From positions 40,550,001 through 40,614,000 of the forward strand of contig CM059432.1 in NCBI GenBank assembly GCA_030390025.1: a stretch of DNA of 64,000 bases. The letters are read 5' to 3'. A program made the translations under genes and the position numbers. Shown here piece by piece: positions 63,620 to 64,000 of this stretch (position 1 is the stretch's first letter; each line of letters starts with the position of its first letter). This DNA is from Squalus acanthias. Lineage: Eukaryota. The notes beneath the pieces are model-generated. The model saw nothing but the letters and a program-made list of their open reading frames with translations. It was not told where the DNA came from and ran no database searches.

Positions 63620-64000
63620 CAAACAAGTCAATTTTAAAAGGCATGAGAGAATGCATGGGAATAGTAAAATGGGTTGCGATACTGGAAGGAAAAGATGGGG
63701 AAGGAAAGTGGCATAGTTTCAAAGGGATAGTTTTTAAAGATACAAAAAGAATGTATCCCTGGACTAGGTCAGGGGCAGAATAAAAGAGTGAGACTAGTTT
63801 GGCTTGCTAACAATGTTGTGAAAGGCATTAGGGAGAAAGAGAAACCATACAAAATGTTTTAATGTTCAGGAAAGTAACAGCAGAGGGAGATCTATAAAGG
63901 TAGGCTGGGGAATGCCAAGAAACTGATAAGGGCTGCAATCGTAGCTGGAAACATAATGCAGAACAGTAAAGAATTCTTCAAGTATGTCAGGAGTAAACAA
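63620..64000 (+). mobile_element. old CR1 ORF2 fragment running off the window
   Basis: AAGAATTCTTCAAGTATGTCAGGAGTAAA (FFKYVRSK), GTTTGGCTT..GTGAAAGGCATTAGGGAGAAA. Confidence 0.55.

Overview
Eukaryotic, vertebrate non-coding DNA with no intact host gene recognisable. It is inferred to be intronic or intergenic sequence from a cartilaginous fish, based on the repeat families as recalled from memory, not on a search. A large part of the window is transposon relics. These include many CR1 LINE copies (one near full length with an SGNH-esterase ORF1), a second poly(A)-tailed APE/RT LINE with a tRNA-headed partner SINE, L2 fragments, DeuSINE-like SINEs and PIF/Harbinger-like MITEs. The most striking signal is a set of Penelope-like element (PLE) insertions from two families carrying minimal hammerhead ribozyme motifs. 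They comprise one 1.76-kb Neptune-type copy with 332-bp inverted arms, three ~180-210-bp non-coding hairpin elements and one solo pLTR, each with a 13-15 bp target-site duplication. Several multi-layer nested insertions give a relative chronology of transposon activity. TE-poor stretches at about 13.3-15.1 kb and 35.5-39.6 kb may hold enhancers or small exons, but this is not established. Boundaries of old repeats are approximate.
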